The notes: generated by a model not told the origin, from the sequence alone. Shown: positions 20,375-32,000, numbered from the stretch's first letter. The stretch is DNA of 64,000 nucleotides from Leptospiraceae bacterium (GCA_040217195.1 JAVJNR010000009.1:64001-128000), one strand, 5' to 3'. Made by a program: numbers and translations.

Positions 20375-21256
20375 CTAACCCTCTACGGTTGGTTCCTGGC
20401 CTCGGAGCGCGGAGTTATCCATCCATAACCTGGTCTGGTCCACTCTGGGGCGCTGAACCTCTTCAATGGAAATGCGACCACTGAGCGCATAAAAATTGAT
20501 CGGGTTTTCGAAAAGCACTGTGCGAATCTCCGAATCGCTAAATCCAGCTTCCTTCATCGCATGGCCGGTTTTTGGCACCTTTAGAGGATCGCTGACGCCC
20601 CAGTCTGCTGCGCTATTAACAACCATCTTCCTGGTTCCGTATTGCTGAAGCAATTTGACCATTCTATCTTCGCTCATTTTAGTCTTTGGATAGATGGAAT
20701 GTCCACGCCAGCAATCTGTTTCCAGAACCAGCGGTAACGTCTGTTCATTTAGATGATCGATAAGCACCATATTCTCTTCAATGCCCACTTCCTTTACTAT
20801 CTCGATGATCCGGCGGGTACCGCTTAGCTTATCTCGATGAGGGGTATGAATCAATGCAGGCAGCTCCATTTCCATGGCCAGTTCTAGCTGCTTTCTCAAA
20901 AATCGCTCTTCAACCTCCGTGCCATCGTCCAGGCCAATTTCGCCTACAGCTACCACACCATCTTTCTCGCAATATCGTGGAAGGAGTTCCATAACAGACT
21001 CGGCCAATTCAAGATTATTGGCTTCTTTTGGATTCAATGCCATGGTGCAATAATGTAGAATGCCGAACTGACTGGCCCGAAACCGTTCCCAGCCCACCAG
21101 GGCATCGAAGTAGTCTATAAAGGTGCCCACATGCGTTCTGGGCTGTCCTTGCCAGAATGCAGGCTCTACGACTCCGATGATTCCAGCTTTTGCCATCGCT
21201 TCGTAGTCATCCGTAGTTCGAGAAATCATGTGAATATGTGGATCAAAGTATTGCAT
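20375..21256 (-). CDS. eboB: EboB, TatD-family metallohydrolase
   Basis: FDPHIHMISRTTDDY, EPAFWQGQPR, GEIG, IHTPHRDK, DH, NSAADWG. Confidence 0.9.
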   Translation of the reverse strand: MQYFDPHIHMISRTTDDYEAMAKAGIIGVVEPAFWQGQPRTHVGTFIDYFDALVGWERFRASQFGILHYCTMALNPKEANNLELAESVMELLPRYCEKDGVVAVGEIGLDDGTEVEERFLRKQLELAMEMELPALIHTPHRDKLSGTRRIIEIVKEVGIEENMVLIDHLNEQTLPLVLETDCWRGHSIYPKTKMSEDRMVKLLQQYGTRKMVVNSAADWGVSDPLKVPKTGHAMKEAGFSDSEIRTVLFENPINFYALSGRISIEEVQRPRVDQTRLWMDNSALRGQEPTVEG

Positions 21257-21328
21257 AAAACGGTTCCTCCAATGTCTTCCAGTTTAGTCCGGCGAAAACC
21301 GGTTTGCAGGCCTTGCTGCGGTCTGGAT

Positions 21329-22021
21329 CTATTCCAGTATCAAGCGAATGCTTCCAGGAACAGTTCTGCCTGCTGCCTCTCTTTCTTCCCTAAAGTCATG
21401 CGCCATCTGGATCAGGGCAGCGGTAGTCCTACCGGCCAATCCCTGGACCCTGGATATGTCCATTTCCAGGAAGAGAGCCTTCAGCACCATCTGATTGAAC
21501 TCGGACTCTTCAAAGTATATACAGGGATAGGGATTGCCCATTGCAACCGAAGCAAATAGATCCAGGCTGTTGGTCCTGCATGCATCCACACACACCGAAC
21601 GGAGCCGTCCATTCGGGTCCAGTAGCAGGATGCCTTTCATAATGGCACATTTCTCTTTTTCGTCGCCTCTGCGAAATGCTTCTTTCACTATTTGCTCAGA
21701 ACCGGAGCGACCATACATACAACTGAGAAGTAGAAGAATCCTGGCTACATCGGAAACGTCCCAGCCCGCGGTTTCCCAGGAAGATCCAGACAGGAGAGCG
21801 GAGGGCTCGCTCCATTCAAGGATAGAATAAGGGATCTGCAACTTCACCGGATGATGGCCCACTTTTCTTCTGGCAGCCGCCATCCTGCGATCCAGTACGG
21901 AATACAGATCCGGCTCGAACAGTACCTCTTGAAGCCAGTGCCTGCCTGTCTCTTCCAGATGAGCCGTGAGACTTTCCAGTAACCAATCATAAACTCCATT
22001 TTTTTCCCGTTGAATCGCCAT
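21329..22021 (-). CDS. eboA: EboA-domain protein
   Basis: ARRKVG, GDEKEK, ACRTN, NPYP, FNQMVLKALF, EREAAGRTVP; likely start ATG 22021 within ORF 22174. Confidence 0.85.
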   Translation of the reverse strand: MAIQREKNGVYDWLLESLTAHLEETGRHWLQEVLFEPDLYSVLDRRMAAARRKVGHHPVKLQIPYSILEWSEPSALLSGSSWETAGWDVSDVARILLLLSCMYGRSGSEQIVKEAFRRGDEKEKCAIMKGILLLDPNGRLRSVCVDACRTNSLDLFASVAMGNPYPCIYFEESEFNQMVLKALFLEMDISRVQGLAGRTTAALIQMAHDFREEREAAGRTVPGSIRLILE

Positions 22022-22170
22022 GGAAACAACCAGATTGGAAGACTGCACCTTCCCCGGAAAGAAAAAGCTTCCCCTGGGAAACGGCCGATTTATCCGAACG
22101 ACGGAGCCGCCGTTGCCTGCCATGTGGACCCGCATTGAATTGTGCCGGACCGGCGCCTTCCCTGGGCGTA

Positions 22171-23121
22171 TCATGTCACTGCGAATCTGCCAGAAAGAGC
22201 TCTTGCCGGCCAGAGCAGCAGTAGCACTGCTCCTGCTGCAAGCACGCTTTCCATCCAGTCCGTTCCTGCAGAAAGCACAAGCAACGCATCCAGAGGGATG
22301 ATACCCAGAACCATCATCTTGATGATAGACTGTATAGTACCACTACGAAAATCCCTGCTCAGGGCGAATAGTCGATAAATAAGATAGATTAAGCCGGATG
22401 CCAGGGCAACCAGACCCCACCATCCCCGGAGCACCTCAGCATCATAGAGAACTATTACAGAGGCAGCGCAAAGGAATAGACCAGAAATGGACACATACAG
22501 AGGCCATCTTCGCCGGGCCTCGGTCTCTTCTTTACTCAATATGGTAAGCGAGAATACATAAAGAAATATCGGTACAGGAATCAGAAGAATCGTTTGCAAT
22601 ACTTGAGGCACATGTCCCAGTAAAAGCCCTGACTGTATACCCTGCAGTGAAGAAGTTGCATTAAAGAGAAAGCTGATTCCAAGAAACCAGTTCAAATAGC
22701 GACATAGACCCATCATCAATGAGCCAGAAAGGCCCTCTTTCAGAATTCGATTGTACACCAGAATAGATAGTGCAAGCAACCCTGCCACCGTCGCAGAAGC
22801 AATCCCCTGAAATGCAGCGAAAATCCAACCGCAAAGTAGAAGGTAGAAGCCCATTAAACCGGCGGCCCTGGAGGAGATTCTGCCCCTGGGAATCGGGCGT
22901 TCCGGTCTTTCCAGGGCATCCCGGGATTGATCAAAAAAATCGTTCAGTACCATGCCACCGTAGTAGAAGCATATCGTGGAAAGTACCAGAAATCCCGGAA
23001 ATGGAAGCCAGCCTTTCCAGGCAGAGATTATGAAATAGGCAGCGAGAATGTTGGAAATGGCCGTAAATCCATTAGCCAATCGCATCAATGAAGCCCATGT
23101 TTTCAGTGTACTCAGTATCAA
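22171..23121 (-). CDS. eboC: EboC, UbiA-family prenyltransferase
   Basis: GMVLNDFFDQSRDALERPERPIPRG, MGLCRYLN, IIPLDA; multi-TM. Confidence 0.9.
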   Translation of the reverse strand: MILSTLKTWASLMRLANGFTAISNILAAYFIISAWKGWLPFPGFLVLSTICFYYGGMVLNDFFDQSRDALERPERPIPRGRISSRAAGLMGFYLLLCGWIFAAFQGIASATVAGLLALSILVYNRILKEGLSGSLMMGLCRYLNWFLGISFLFNATSSLQGIQSGLLLGHVPQVLQTILLIPVPIFLYVFSLTILSKEETEARRRWPLYVSISGLFLCAASVIVLYDAEVLRGWWGLVALASGLIYLIYRLFALSRDFRSGTIQSIIKMMVLGIIPLDALLVLSAGTDWMESVLAAGAVLLLLWPARALSGRFAVT

Positions 23122-24518
23122 CTTGCACTTCCGATATCAGATTCAGATTTATTCTCAGAATTTTTTTCAGGTTCAGATTTAGTTTCAATTTTTCCGGGCA
23201 ATCCACCCTCACCGTTGATATGCACTCTACGATCCTCCGGCTTCGCAAACCGGGCCTGCAGGTATTGCAGGGATTCATGCATTTTCCTGGCATCGATGGT
23301 ATGCACTTCTCTGGCCTGGCCAGTCGCTTCCAGTAACGTTATGCACAGTTCGCCACCAAGATGCTCCCGGAACTCCTGCAACGACTGTTCAATGGACAGT
23401 TGATTCCAGAACTCCGTATATAAAGGAAACTCCAGTAATCGCAGCAGCGACAGAACTCGATTAACTTCCTTTTCTTCCAGAATTCCCATTTTCCAGGAAT
23501 AGATAGAGTCCAGGGCCATACCCATGGCCACCGCTTCCCCATGCCGAATACTATGACCGGAGAGTTCTTCCAGCTTATGCGCCGACCAATGACCAAAGTC
23601 CAGAGGCCTTGCAGAGCCGCTTTCAAATGGATCCCCTCCTCGGCTGATCTGATTTAAATGTAATTCCGCACAGCGAAAAATCAAATGTTCAAGAGCCCAG
23701 CTCTCAAAACGCCCCAGTTGACCTGCATGGGCTTCCATCCACTGAAAAAAAGCTCCGTCCCGAATTAAAGCCACCTTGATAGCTTCTGCCATCCCGGCCC
23801 GTTTATCTCTGTCCGAAAGGCTGTCCAGGAATGCGAAATCATTTATAACTGCATTCGGTGGAGCAAAGCTGCCAATAAAGTTTTTTCGGCCAGCGAAATT
23901 CATTCCGTTCTTGACTCCCACCGATGCATCGTTTTGAGCCAGTACGGTTGTAGGGATGCGAATCAATCGAATCCCGCGATGAGCGGTGGCTGCTGCAAAT
24001 CCAGCTACATCGATGAGGGCTCCACCTCCTATGGCCAGAATGTAGGAGTGACGGTCAATCCTCTGCCGGGCAACGGCTTCATAGATAGAAGTTAGATGCG
24101 AAAATTCGTTCTTACAGGCCTCACCTCCGGGCAACACAATAGTTTGCCCAGGACCAGGATCGATGGAATGATAGTTCTTGAAATAGCTGTACAGTTCTTG
24201 TTGCAAACCCGGCCGTGCTTCCAGCAATCCGGCATCCAGGATAATCAGATATCGCACCGGCCGCCTATTTCTGGTCCGCGCCATGTCCTGTAGCGATGTG
24301 CTGTCAGACGAAATACTCAGTTCGGAGGAAGTGGCATCCAAACCAGGTATTGACTCTTTCTCGTTTGGCAATTCTGCACCCTTCAGTTCCATGGCTCTTG
24401 CCAGAAGATCATTGGCCGGGTCCAGAGCATTCCTGGTGAAGTACACCGGATAGCTATGTTCCATGCGAAAGGAAGGATTGAGAGATTCTATGGACTGTTT
24501 TTCGCCGGAGGATGGCAT
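23118..24518 (-). CDS. eboD: EboD, 3-dehydroquinate synthase-like sugar-phosphate cyclase
   Basis: GGEACKN, IGGGALID, PTTVLAQNDASVGVKNG, EAIKVAL, DFGHWSAHKLE, HGEAVA; start likely ATG 24518 because the ORF to 24692 overlaps the divergent MCP. Confidence 0.88.
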   Translation of the reverse strand: MPSSGEKQSIESLNPSFRMEHSYPVYFTRNALDPANDLLARAMELKGAELPNEKESIPGLDATSSELSISSDSTSLQDMARTRNRRPVRYLIILDAGLLEARPGLQQELYSYFKNYHSIDPGPGQTIVLPGGEACKNEFSHLTSIYEAVARQRIDRHSYILAIGGGALIDVAGFAAATAHRGIRLIRIPTTVLAQNDASVGVKNGMNFAGRKNFIGSFAPPNAVINDFAFLDSLSDRDKRAGMAEAIKVALIRDGAFFQWMEAHAGQLGRFESWALEHLIFRCAELHLNQISRGGDPFESGSARPLDFGHWSAHKLEELSGHSIRHGEAVAMGMALDSIYSWKMGILEEKEVNRVLSLLRLLEFPLYTEFWNQLSIEQSLQEFREHLGGELCITLLEATGQAREVHTIDARKMHESLQYLQARFAKPEDRRVHINGEGGLPGKIETKSEPEKNSENKSESDIGSAS

Positions 24519-24643
24519 TGATATCAAGTATTCAATTCCTGGGCCTGGAGCAAAGAAAAAACCCGGCCTGCCAATTAATTCGCAAAAATAGTAAGTGGAA
24601 AGGACTTCCACGGCCCGTCCCCTCAGATACAGGTGGATCGCAT

Positions 24644-26587
24644 ATGGATGAGCTACAAAGGGAAAGTGAAAATTCGGAAAAAGGACTGGCAAGATTCAGC
24701 ATAACGGCACGACTTTTGATGGTGGTCGGACTTCTATGTTTGGCCTACCCTTTCCTGATATTCCTTCTGGTTATCGAACAGAATCGAGCCATCGACTTTG
24801 CGAATAAGGAAATACTGGGTGCCGGCTACCTTGATCAGGGAATTCCTGTATTGATCTCCCTCACCCAAAGAGATCTGGGGTTTTCTGAAATTACGGTACT
24901 ACCGGAATCCCTGAAGAAAGCTCACTCCGACCAGGGCGCAGCTCTGGATGTTGAAAAGCAATTTCAGGACCTGGCCCGACTTGATGCAGAGGCATTCGAG
25001 AAGGGTCGGGCTCTGGTCAAACGAATTGGGGATCAGTCCAACCTCATCCTGGACCCGGATCTGGACTCCTATTACTTGATGGACATTGTTCTGCTTCGCA
25101 TCCCGGAACTAATCAGTATAACTCGAGATCTGGAGCTGGCCAGAAAAGCAGAGGATGAATATGCAATTCGCACCCAGCAAACCCTGCTAGATTCCAGCCT
25201 GGAAAGTGTGCAAGACTCCATGGGCACCGCTTTCGAAGAAAACTCAAAAACCGCCGAGTTACTGAAACCGGTATTTCAGGAATTTCTTGAGGCAGCCCGA
25301 AGGTATCGCAACAGTGAAGGTACCCGAACGGCCACTGAATCCTGGCTCAAATCCTTACAGGACTTCCTCCATCCTGCGAATACAGAACTGCAGAGACTGC
25401 TGGAGGCTCGTATTTCTGGATTCAGGTACGAGCAAATGCTGAAGCTGGTCAGTATAACCATTGCTCTTTTTATTTCCTTCGTAGTTCTATGGCGAGTCAT
25501 CCTTTCCATGGTCAGACCAATTCGCGCCCTGGAATCCAGAATGGAAGACTTGAGTCAGGGCGAAGGGGATTTAACTCTTCGACTGGATGCGAATCAGAGT
25601 AGCGAAATTGGAAGATCGGCCGGATATTTTAATCGTTTCGCAGAGAGGCTTTCTGGATCCATCCGGGGCATTGGATCGGTGGCAGTATCAATTGAAGATA
25701 ATGGGAACATTTCTATGGGAACGGTGGATATGATCAGTACCGGCTTGCAGGATCAGGCAGCATCGCTGGAGCAGATTTCGGCAGCCATGGAAGAAGTTAG
25801 TGCCTCTGCAGACAGAGTAAACTCCTCTATGGATGAGGAGAAGTCCCGGCTTACCGAGTTGCAAACATCTATGAAAAAGCTGCGAGCTTTATCCGATAGT
25901 CTCGAAGAGCAAATCAGAAATGGTAGCAATCAAGCCCAGCAGCTGGCCGGCGATGCCCAGGAAGGTACTCAGGAAATGAAAAATGCTAGCACGGAAATGG
26001 AGGCAATCGTGCGAAACACCCGGGAAATGTCCACAATTGGAGTCGAAATCCAGGAGATCGCAGAACGTATCAATCTACTGGCCTTGAATGCATCCATTGA
26101 GGCTGCAAGAGCAGGCGAATATGGTAGGGGATTTGCGGTTGTAGCCTCGGAAGTATCACGTCTGGCCGATCGCACAAATGAAAGTATTGTCCGGATATCA
26201 TCCATGATGAAAGAAAATGGAATGCGAGTCGAGACAAGCACGGCTGTGATCGAAAATGCTGTAAAGAGAGCACTCAGAATGAGCGAAGGAGTGCTGGAGT
26301 TGAAATCAGCCCTGGTGCAAGTGGCTGAAGAATTGCCGCAGCAGGAATTGATTCAGATGCAGACTAAATCCAACCTGGACATGCTGGAAGATCAAACAGA
26401 ATTGATCTATTCGATTGTAAGCGAGCAGAAGAAGGCCATCCAGGAAGCCTCAGATACCATTGGACAGATCAACAATGCAGCTCAGAAACATGCAGAAGCT
26501 TCCAGGCACCTTTCGGAACTATCAGCCCAGAATGTGGAGCTGGCCTCCCGGCTAAAGCAACAAACTACATGGTTCAAAACAGAATAA
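24644..26587 (+). CDS. Methyl-accepting chemotaxis protein (2 TM, periplasmic helical domain, HAMP)
   Basis: IGDQSNLILDPDLDSYYLMD periplasmic motif, [52 protein letters not shown] before ATG 24644. Confidence 0.93.
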   Translation: MDELQRESENSEKGLARFSITARLLMVVGLLCLAYPFLIFLLVIEQNRAIDFANKEILGAGYLDQGIPVLISLTQRDLGFSEITVLPESLKKAHSDQGAALDVEKQFQDLARLDAEAFEKGRALVKRIGDQSNLILDPDLDSYYLMDIVLLRIPELISITRDLELARKAEDEYAIRTQQTLLDSSLESVQDSMGTAFEENSKTAELLKPVFQEFLEAARRYRNSEGTRTATESWLKSLQDFLHPANTELQRLLEARISGFRYEQMLKLVSITIALFISFVVLWRVILSMVRPIRALESRMEDLSQGEGDLTLRLDANQSSEIGRSAGYFNRFAERLSGSIRGIGSVAVSIEDNGNISMGTVDMISTGLQDQAASLEQISAAMEEVSASADRVNSSMDEEKSRLTELQTSMKKLRALSDSLEEQIRNGSNQAQQLAGDAQEGTQEMKNASTEMEAIVRNTREMSTIGVEIQEIAERINLLALNASIEAARAGEYGRGFAVVASEVSRLADRTNESIVRISSMMKENGMRVETSTAVIENAVKRALRMSEGVLELKSALVQVAEELPQQELIQMQTKSNLDMLEDQTELIYSIVSEQKKAIQEASDTIGQINNAAQKHAEASRHLSELSAQNVELASRLKQQTTWFKTE

Positions 26588-26616
26588 TCCGGAGAAAAAT
26601 TCAGCAGGCACAGATC

Positions 26617-27177
26617 CTACTTCAAAACACTGCCATCCGGTTGCACCAGAAAATGAAATGAGTCCTGAGCTGTAGGTAAGATAACTCCCGTTATCGACTG
26701 ACCTTCCCGAAGGGATGCGTAGAGCGATTCAGAGATCAAAATTTCCCTTTCAACATTTTCCGGCTCTATACTTTCTAGAATGCCTGAATCGTCAAATTTG
26801 CCGGACTCATTGGTTTGGAAACGAATCCAGTAGGTAATTTCAGGCTCCATAATACCGGTGGTCTTTTTGACAACCTGCTTCTTTCGAATCTTTTCCAGCA
26901 CAGTACCCTTATGGAATTCCGCGGGCTGCCCCGGTTTGACGCCAGAACTCTTCAAAACCATAAATCCAATAAAACCACAGAAAAAAAGCAGTACAACACC
27001 TCCCAGTTTTACCTTTAAGGGCGCCCAGATGATCAGTGCAATTCCGGCCAGGGCGAAAAGGCCCACCATAACATAGACCCAGATGGGAGGTCCGGACGAA
27101 AAATTCGCAAGAACCGGGCTTACTTCAGATTTATAGATGGCATCCCATTGCATGCAGGATGGTGCGTTGCAGGCCAT
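26617..27177 (-). CDS. Hypothetical protein with two TM helices and a beta-rich C-terminus
   Basis: ORF with two hydrophobic segments; no family recognised. Confidence 0.6.
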   Translation of the reverse strand: MACNAPSCMQWDAIYKSEVSPVLANFSSGPPIWVYVMVGLFALAGIALIIWAPLKVKLGGVVLLFFCGFIGFMVLKSSGVKPGQPAEFHKGTVLEKIRKKQVVKKTTGIMEPEITYWIRFQTNESGKFDDSGILESIEPENVEREILISESLYASLREGQSITGVILPTAQDSFHFLVQPDGSVLK

Positions 27178-27385
27178 TCTGGCGCAAGTGAATTTCCCAT
27201 CTAATTAAATGTGAATAGTTGGCAATAGCTGCTTATGGCGTGGCGGGCTGCAATCATGCAATTAAAGCCAGCATTGCCCGGTTTAGGCTACTGCAAACCG
27301 TATGCAAGGAACGCCGTACACCGAACTCCGCCTGGTGCCGCAGCCAGATGCCAGGATTAAGGTGCTTTCTTGCTTTAGCACGGAG

Positions 27386-28735
27386 TCAGGTAGTTTGCGC
27401 GCGGAGGGTTTCCAGTTTCGCACGCATGATTGGTCCTGGCACTCTTCCCTGGTCGTCCTGACAGTGGATCGCTTTAATACGATCCACAAAATACATATCA
27501 ATGCTTCCTTTATTTTTAGCCGGAACGGACCCACGAAAAGTGCAATCAAAGTAATCCTTCACCAGATCATAGGTGCCAGATGTAATGTTGATCCGACCTA
27601 CTTCGCCGGAGGACTCGGCACGACTGGCGGTATTTACGGTATCACCCCATACATCGTAGGAGAACTTTTTTTCGCCGATAACCCCTGCCACCAGAGGTCC
27701 AGAATGGATGCCCAGACGAAGCTGCCAGTACGGTAGTCCTTGCTTCTCGCGAATGACTTTCATTTCTTGCATGAAGGATTGAATTTCCAGAGCGGCCAGA
27801 CAGCAGTCCAGGGCATGGCTTTGATTTTGAACTGGCACCCCGCCAGCGCACATAAAGGAATCGCCAATGGTCTTCAATTTTTCCAGGTTATTGCGAGAGA
27901 CCACAGCATCAAAGTAGCTGAAGCATTGATCCAGCTCGCCCACCAGCTCCTCCGGCGAAAGCGCTTCTGCAATGGCTGTAAATCCCTTGAAATCGGTGAA
28001 GAGCACCGAGGCGGATTCGAATCCAACTGGTTTGACCTGATTTCGCGCTTTAAGCTCTTCGGCAATTTCAGCCGGGAGTATGTTAAGAAGCAGCTTATCA
28101 GATTTCTTCTTTTCTTCGGCCACGTCTCGTGCTGCTTTGCCGGCCCTTCTGCGAAGCTCAGCAATCCGATCAGTACGGCTCTGCTCTATCCTGGATCGTG
28201 TCAGAATAGCGATACCGCAGAGCGACGTCATTACACTGAGCCAGACACGGTCCAGCATATCCGGTTTTTCTTCCAGCCCGGCGAATTGCACGGTGATCAA
28301 GTAAGTGGGAATGAAAGAAAATACAATCAGGGCCAGCCGGAACCTACCCATAACACCCACAAAGGGAGTCACTCCACCTACAATCATAAGAGCGGCGAAC
28401 CCGGCGGGACCACCGGTTCGAATCACAGAAAATGTGATAGAAATACTCATAATAAATGCGGCAGCGAAGGCATACCAGCTCCATTTCTCCAGGCTAATGC
28501 GCCCGGAAAACAGTCGAAAATTGGAAATCGGAATGATCAGAAATGGAGTAAACACTGGAATCATCGTTTCGATCCAGGTGAACCGATGGGCCGATGGATG
28601 ATCGAACCAGTGAAGACTCAACTTATAGAGGATTACCATCGCCGGACCCACAGTGTATTGGAGCGTGAATGAGCTGGTGAGTGTTTTCTTTAGCGGACTC
28701 ATGGGAGAAACGAAAGGCTGAGGACGCATCTCCAC
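27386..28735 (-). CDS. Membrane-anchored class III adenylate cyclase (about 6 TM)
   Basis: LLLNILP, FTDFKGFT, KLKTIGDSFM, KFSYDVWGDTVNTASRAES; Lys/Asp pair specifying ATP. Confidence 0.92.
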   Translation of the reverse strand: MEMRPQPFVSPMSPLKKTLTSSFTLQYTVGPAMVILYKLSLHWFDHPSAHRFTWIETMIPVFTPFLIIPISNFRLFSGRISLEKWSWYAFAAAFIMSISITFSVIRTGGPAGFAALMIVGGVTPFVGVMGRFRLALIVFSFIPTYLITVQFAGLEEKPDMLDRVWLSVMTSLCGIAILTRSRIEQSRTDRIAELRRRAGKAARDVAEEKKKSDKLLLNILPAEIAEELKARNQVKPVGFESASVLFTDFKGFTAIAEALSPEELVGELDQCFSYFDAVVSRNNLEKLKTIGDSFMCAGGVPVQNQSHALDCCLAALEIQSFMQEMKVIREKQGLPYWQLRLGIHSGPLVAGVIGEKKFSYDVWGDTVNTASRAESSGEVGRINITSGTYDLVKDYFDCTFRGSVPAKNKGSIDMYFVDRIKAIHCQDDQGRVPGPIMRAKLETLRAQTT

Positions 28736-28956
28736 ATGAAGTAGAGGCCCCGGCTACCTATTCGGAAATTGCCCCGTGTGGGCGGGCCTGGTCAAGCCTG
28801 ATTCAGTCAACGGAGGCATGGCTGCGGTGATTGCCCGGGCGGTGCGGGGCGCTGCGGCGCACCCCGATTTTCTAAAGTTCGGATAGCCTGGCCGAGTCTG
28901 GCAATCCCAGTATTCAGTACTTTCGCATTACCTGAGCGCCCCGAACCGTTTCGCAT

Positions 28957-28972
28957 CCCCCCGAACAGGGGG
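28957..28972 (+). promoter_or_regulatory. 7-2-7 palindromic box, copy 1
   Basis: ccccccg-aa-caggggg followed by ttt, in the divergent intergenic region upstream of cyclase 1. Confidence 0.75.
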
Positions 28973-28999
28973 TTTCGGAAGGCAGAAACTGTAATTCTG

Positions 29000-29028
29000 T
29001 TGCTGCCGGCATTGCAGCACATCATACT
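29000..29028 (+). promoter_or_regulatory. Candidate sigma70 promoter for cyclase 1
   Basis: TTGCTG-17 nt-CATACT, starting 43 nt after the start of box 1. Confidence 0.5.
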
Positions 29029-29039
29029 GCCGGCCCGTT

Positions 29040-32000
29040 ATGGAATGCCGGATCTTTTCACTTCGAAGCCACCGTTGCCGACGCTGGGTTCTAACGCTAT
29101 TTGTGTTTTCGCTCTTAGCCGGTTGTTCTCAAGTTGAGCAAGCACCCCGTTCTGTCCAAAAGGGGATCCTGGAAATTAAAGAAAACCGGCTGGACACAGA
29201 CGTTCTGGACCTAAATGGAGAATGGCATTTCCAGTCCGAATTTCTGGCTCCAGAGAAATGGAAAGAACGATTGCCTACCATCGGGGTTTCAGAATCCGAA
29301 GGACGTAATCTGCGATCTATCGAAGGCTCATGGACAATGGCCACCGAACTGGATCCTGCATTACCATCGGATGGACGTGCAAGCTATGCTCTGAAATGGC
29401 TTCTATCGGATCCAGAGAGCTACAACGATCTGGCCCTGAAAATTCCAACCATTAACACTTCGTATCAGCTTTTTCTGAACGGACAACTGCTGCTAGAGAT
29501 GGGAGATATTCAGTCCCGATCCAGAACTCTTACAGATGCGATGAGACCCAGGATCGTTCGAATCCCCGGTGAAATCCTGGAAAAAGAAAATGAAATCCTG
29601 ATAAACGTAGCCAACTACGGACACAGACAGGCCGGGCTCTGGTCCGCTCCCAGGCTGGGCAATGAAAGTTATCTGCGAAACCAGGATGAAAGATCCGTGG
29701 CCATGGGGCTGTTTCTGGCCGGTGGACTGGTTCTGATTGGTCTGTATCATCTGGGCCTATTCCTTACTCGAAGAAGCGAAAGTGCTCCTCTGTATTTCGC
29801 GCTTTACTGTATTCTGGTAGCACTCTGGGCCGCCCAGAGCGGGGAAAAGCTACTGGCCCGTCTTATTTCAGGCCTGGATGGTGAAACGGCACTTCGACTG
29901 GAATATATTTGTCTGTACCTTTCCGTGGCCTCCTTTCTCATGTTCGCCCGCCGATTGTATCGGGAGGATATGCCCCGCTGGCCGGCAAGATTTGTAGGAG
30001 CATTCGCACTTCTAAGTTCAGTCTCTGGTTTAGTTCTACCATTAAGGCAATTTGTCTGGACTCTCCCACCCATGCAGATCGCCGCTCTGGCAGCTGTAGC
30101 AATCTGTACTTTCTGGACTGTTCAGATTCTTCGAAGGAAAAGACTGGGAGCCAGACCGGTGGCTTTTTCGCTGGCGATCCTGGCGCTAACAGTAACCAAC
30201 GATGTACTGGTAGCTATGTCCATACTTCCTGGGATCTACCTGGCCCAGTACGGACTAATGATATTCATTGTAGGCCAATCGTTCGCCCTTTCCACACGTC
30301 TTTCCAATGCATTCAATGAACTGGAAGATCTATCCCGGGATCTGGAAACCAGAGTGGATCAGCGAACCGGCGAACTGGATGCATTGAATGAGCTTACACG
30401 ATCCGTAAACGAAAGCCAGGACCTGGGATTCATTGTAAGCCGTACATCGGACTTCATGGTGAAGCGTCTGGGTATGCGACGGATGTTTCTATTTATGATC
30501 CATACGCAGGACAACACCCTTCGTGGCAACGGAGGACAGATTGGAGATCTTCCAGAAGAAGACCGACAATTCTTCGAAGATCTTCGCACACCCATTGAGC
30601 CCGATCTGGGCACACTGTATCGCACCATTCAAAGAAAGAAGACACTATACCTTGATTTCAGCCGGGTACGTCCGCCGGAATCGATGATCGACCGTCGGGT
30701 GGTGGAACGGCTAAAGATGACCTCGGTGGTACAGATACCGGCCATGGTGGATGGCAAAGTGCTGGGAGTGGCCACCATAGATCCAGGAAGCAAGAAACTG
30801 AACCGACACGATTTGTCGCGCCTGGAGGCTGTAGTGGCGCAGATCTCTGGTGCCGTTCAAAAGCAATTTCTGCTTCAGGCCGTAGAAGAAGAAAACCAGG
30901 AGGTTAAAGAGTCCAAAGCCCTGGCGGATAAAGAACAGAAAAACAGCGAAATCCTGGCCGAACTGTCCCGGGTAGCCATTGAAAGCAAGGACATCGACTC
31001 CATTCTCATCGCCATGCAGAAACCGGTGACTGAGCTTGTAGGTCCACACGGAATCACCATCTATTTGCCGGACCCGGAAGCCACACTGTTAAGCGCCCGT
31101 TCCGTCATCCATACCGGCACTCTGGTTTCGCCGGAGGATCTACCGAACAGCATACGCTATGTTGCTCTGAAGCCTGAAAGCGGTACTCTACACCGATGCT
31201 TCTCCCGGGCAAAAACAATGTATCTACCGCGAATATCAAAAGCCTTTCTGGAAACCTCGCCGGTGGACCTGGCCATCCAAAGCCACTATCAGCTTACCTG
31301 GTGCTATCATATACCCCTGGTTGTAAACGATCGAGTGATTGGCATCGCATCTCTGGCGGGTCAGCAGCCGTCTTCTCTGGGTTTTCAGGACAAGCTATAT
31401 CTGGAAAGGATGATCGCCCAGGTGGCCGGCGCCATTCAAATGCAGGAGTTACTGCATACCATCGAACTGGAAAAGGAAACAGCCCATTTACTACAACGGG
31501 AATCCACGGCCCTGGCTGATTTTACCAGGTTGCTGAATCAAAGAGCGGATCTAAACTCCATTGTAGAAGAGGTGTGTCGCTACGCCGTGCAGTCCCTGGG
31601 ACTCCGGGGCGCCTTTATCGCTATAGTAGATGATGTAGAACATGAATTCCAGAGCATTGGCGGATCTGGTATAGATTACACCTATCAGCAGGAGATATTC
31701 GTCCGGGGATCCAGGGTATCCATAAATGCAGATGCTGGTCTGTACTTCAGTGTCTATCAACGAAAGAAGTCATTGTATCTTCCTCGAATTCCTTCCGGTC
31801 AGGGCCCGTTCAATGCTATGCTTGCGGATTTATTTGAGCTACAAAGCTTTGCGTTGATTCCTCTGCTTCTGGAAGACAGGGTAATTGGACTCATGGCAGT
31901 GGATCCCGGAAAACGGAAGCTTTCCAGGCAGGATCTGAAGCGACTGGAAACCTATGCTGATCATGTGGCAGGGGCCATAAACAATGCCAGTCTGTTCCAA

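Noticed and set aside
23118..24518. aroB (shikimate pathway)
   Set aside because: The HWSAHKLE signature and position among eboC/A/B/E/F indicate EboD
24618..24636. tcccct-cagatac-aggtgg as an eighth box
   Set aside because: The spacer is 3 nt too long and AGGTGG is better explained as the RBS of the MCP gene
27740..28672. 310-aa plus-strand ORF
   Set aside because: Antisense shadow of the adenylate cyclase at 27386-28735 with no recognisable features
28830..28866. GC-rich hairpin sharing a tgcggcgca core with the 156-bp repeat units
   Set aside because: Only a 9-nt match; not enough to call a dispersed repeat or RNA element
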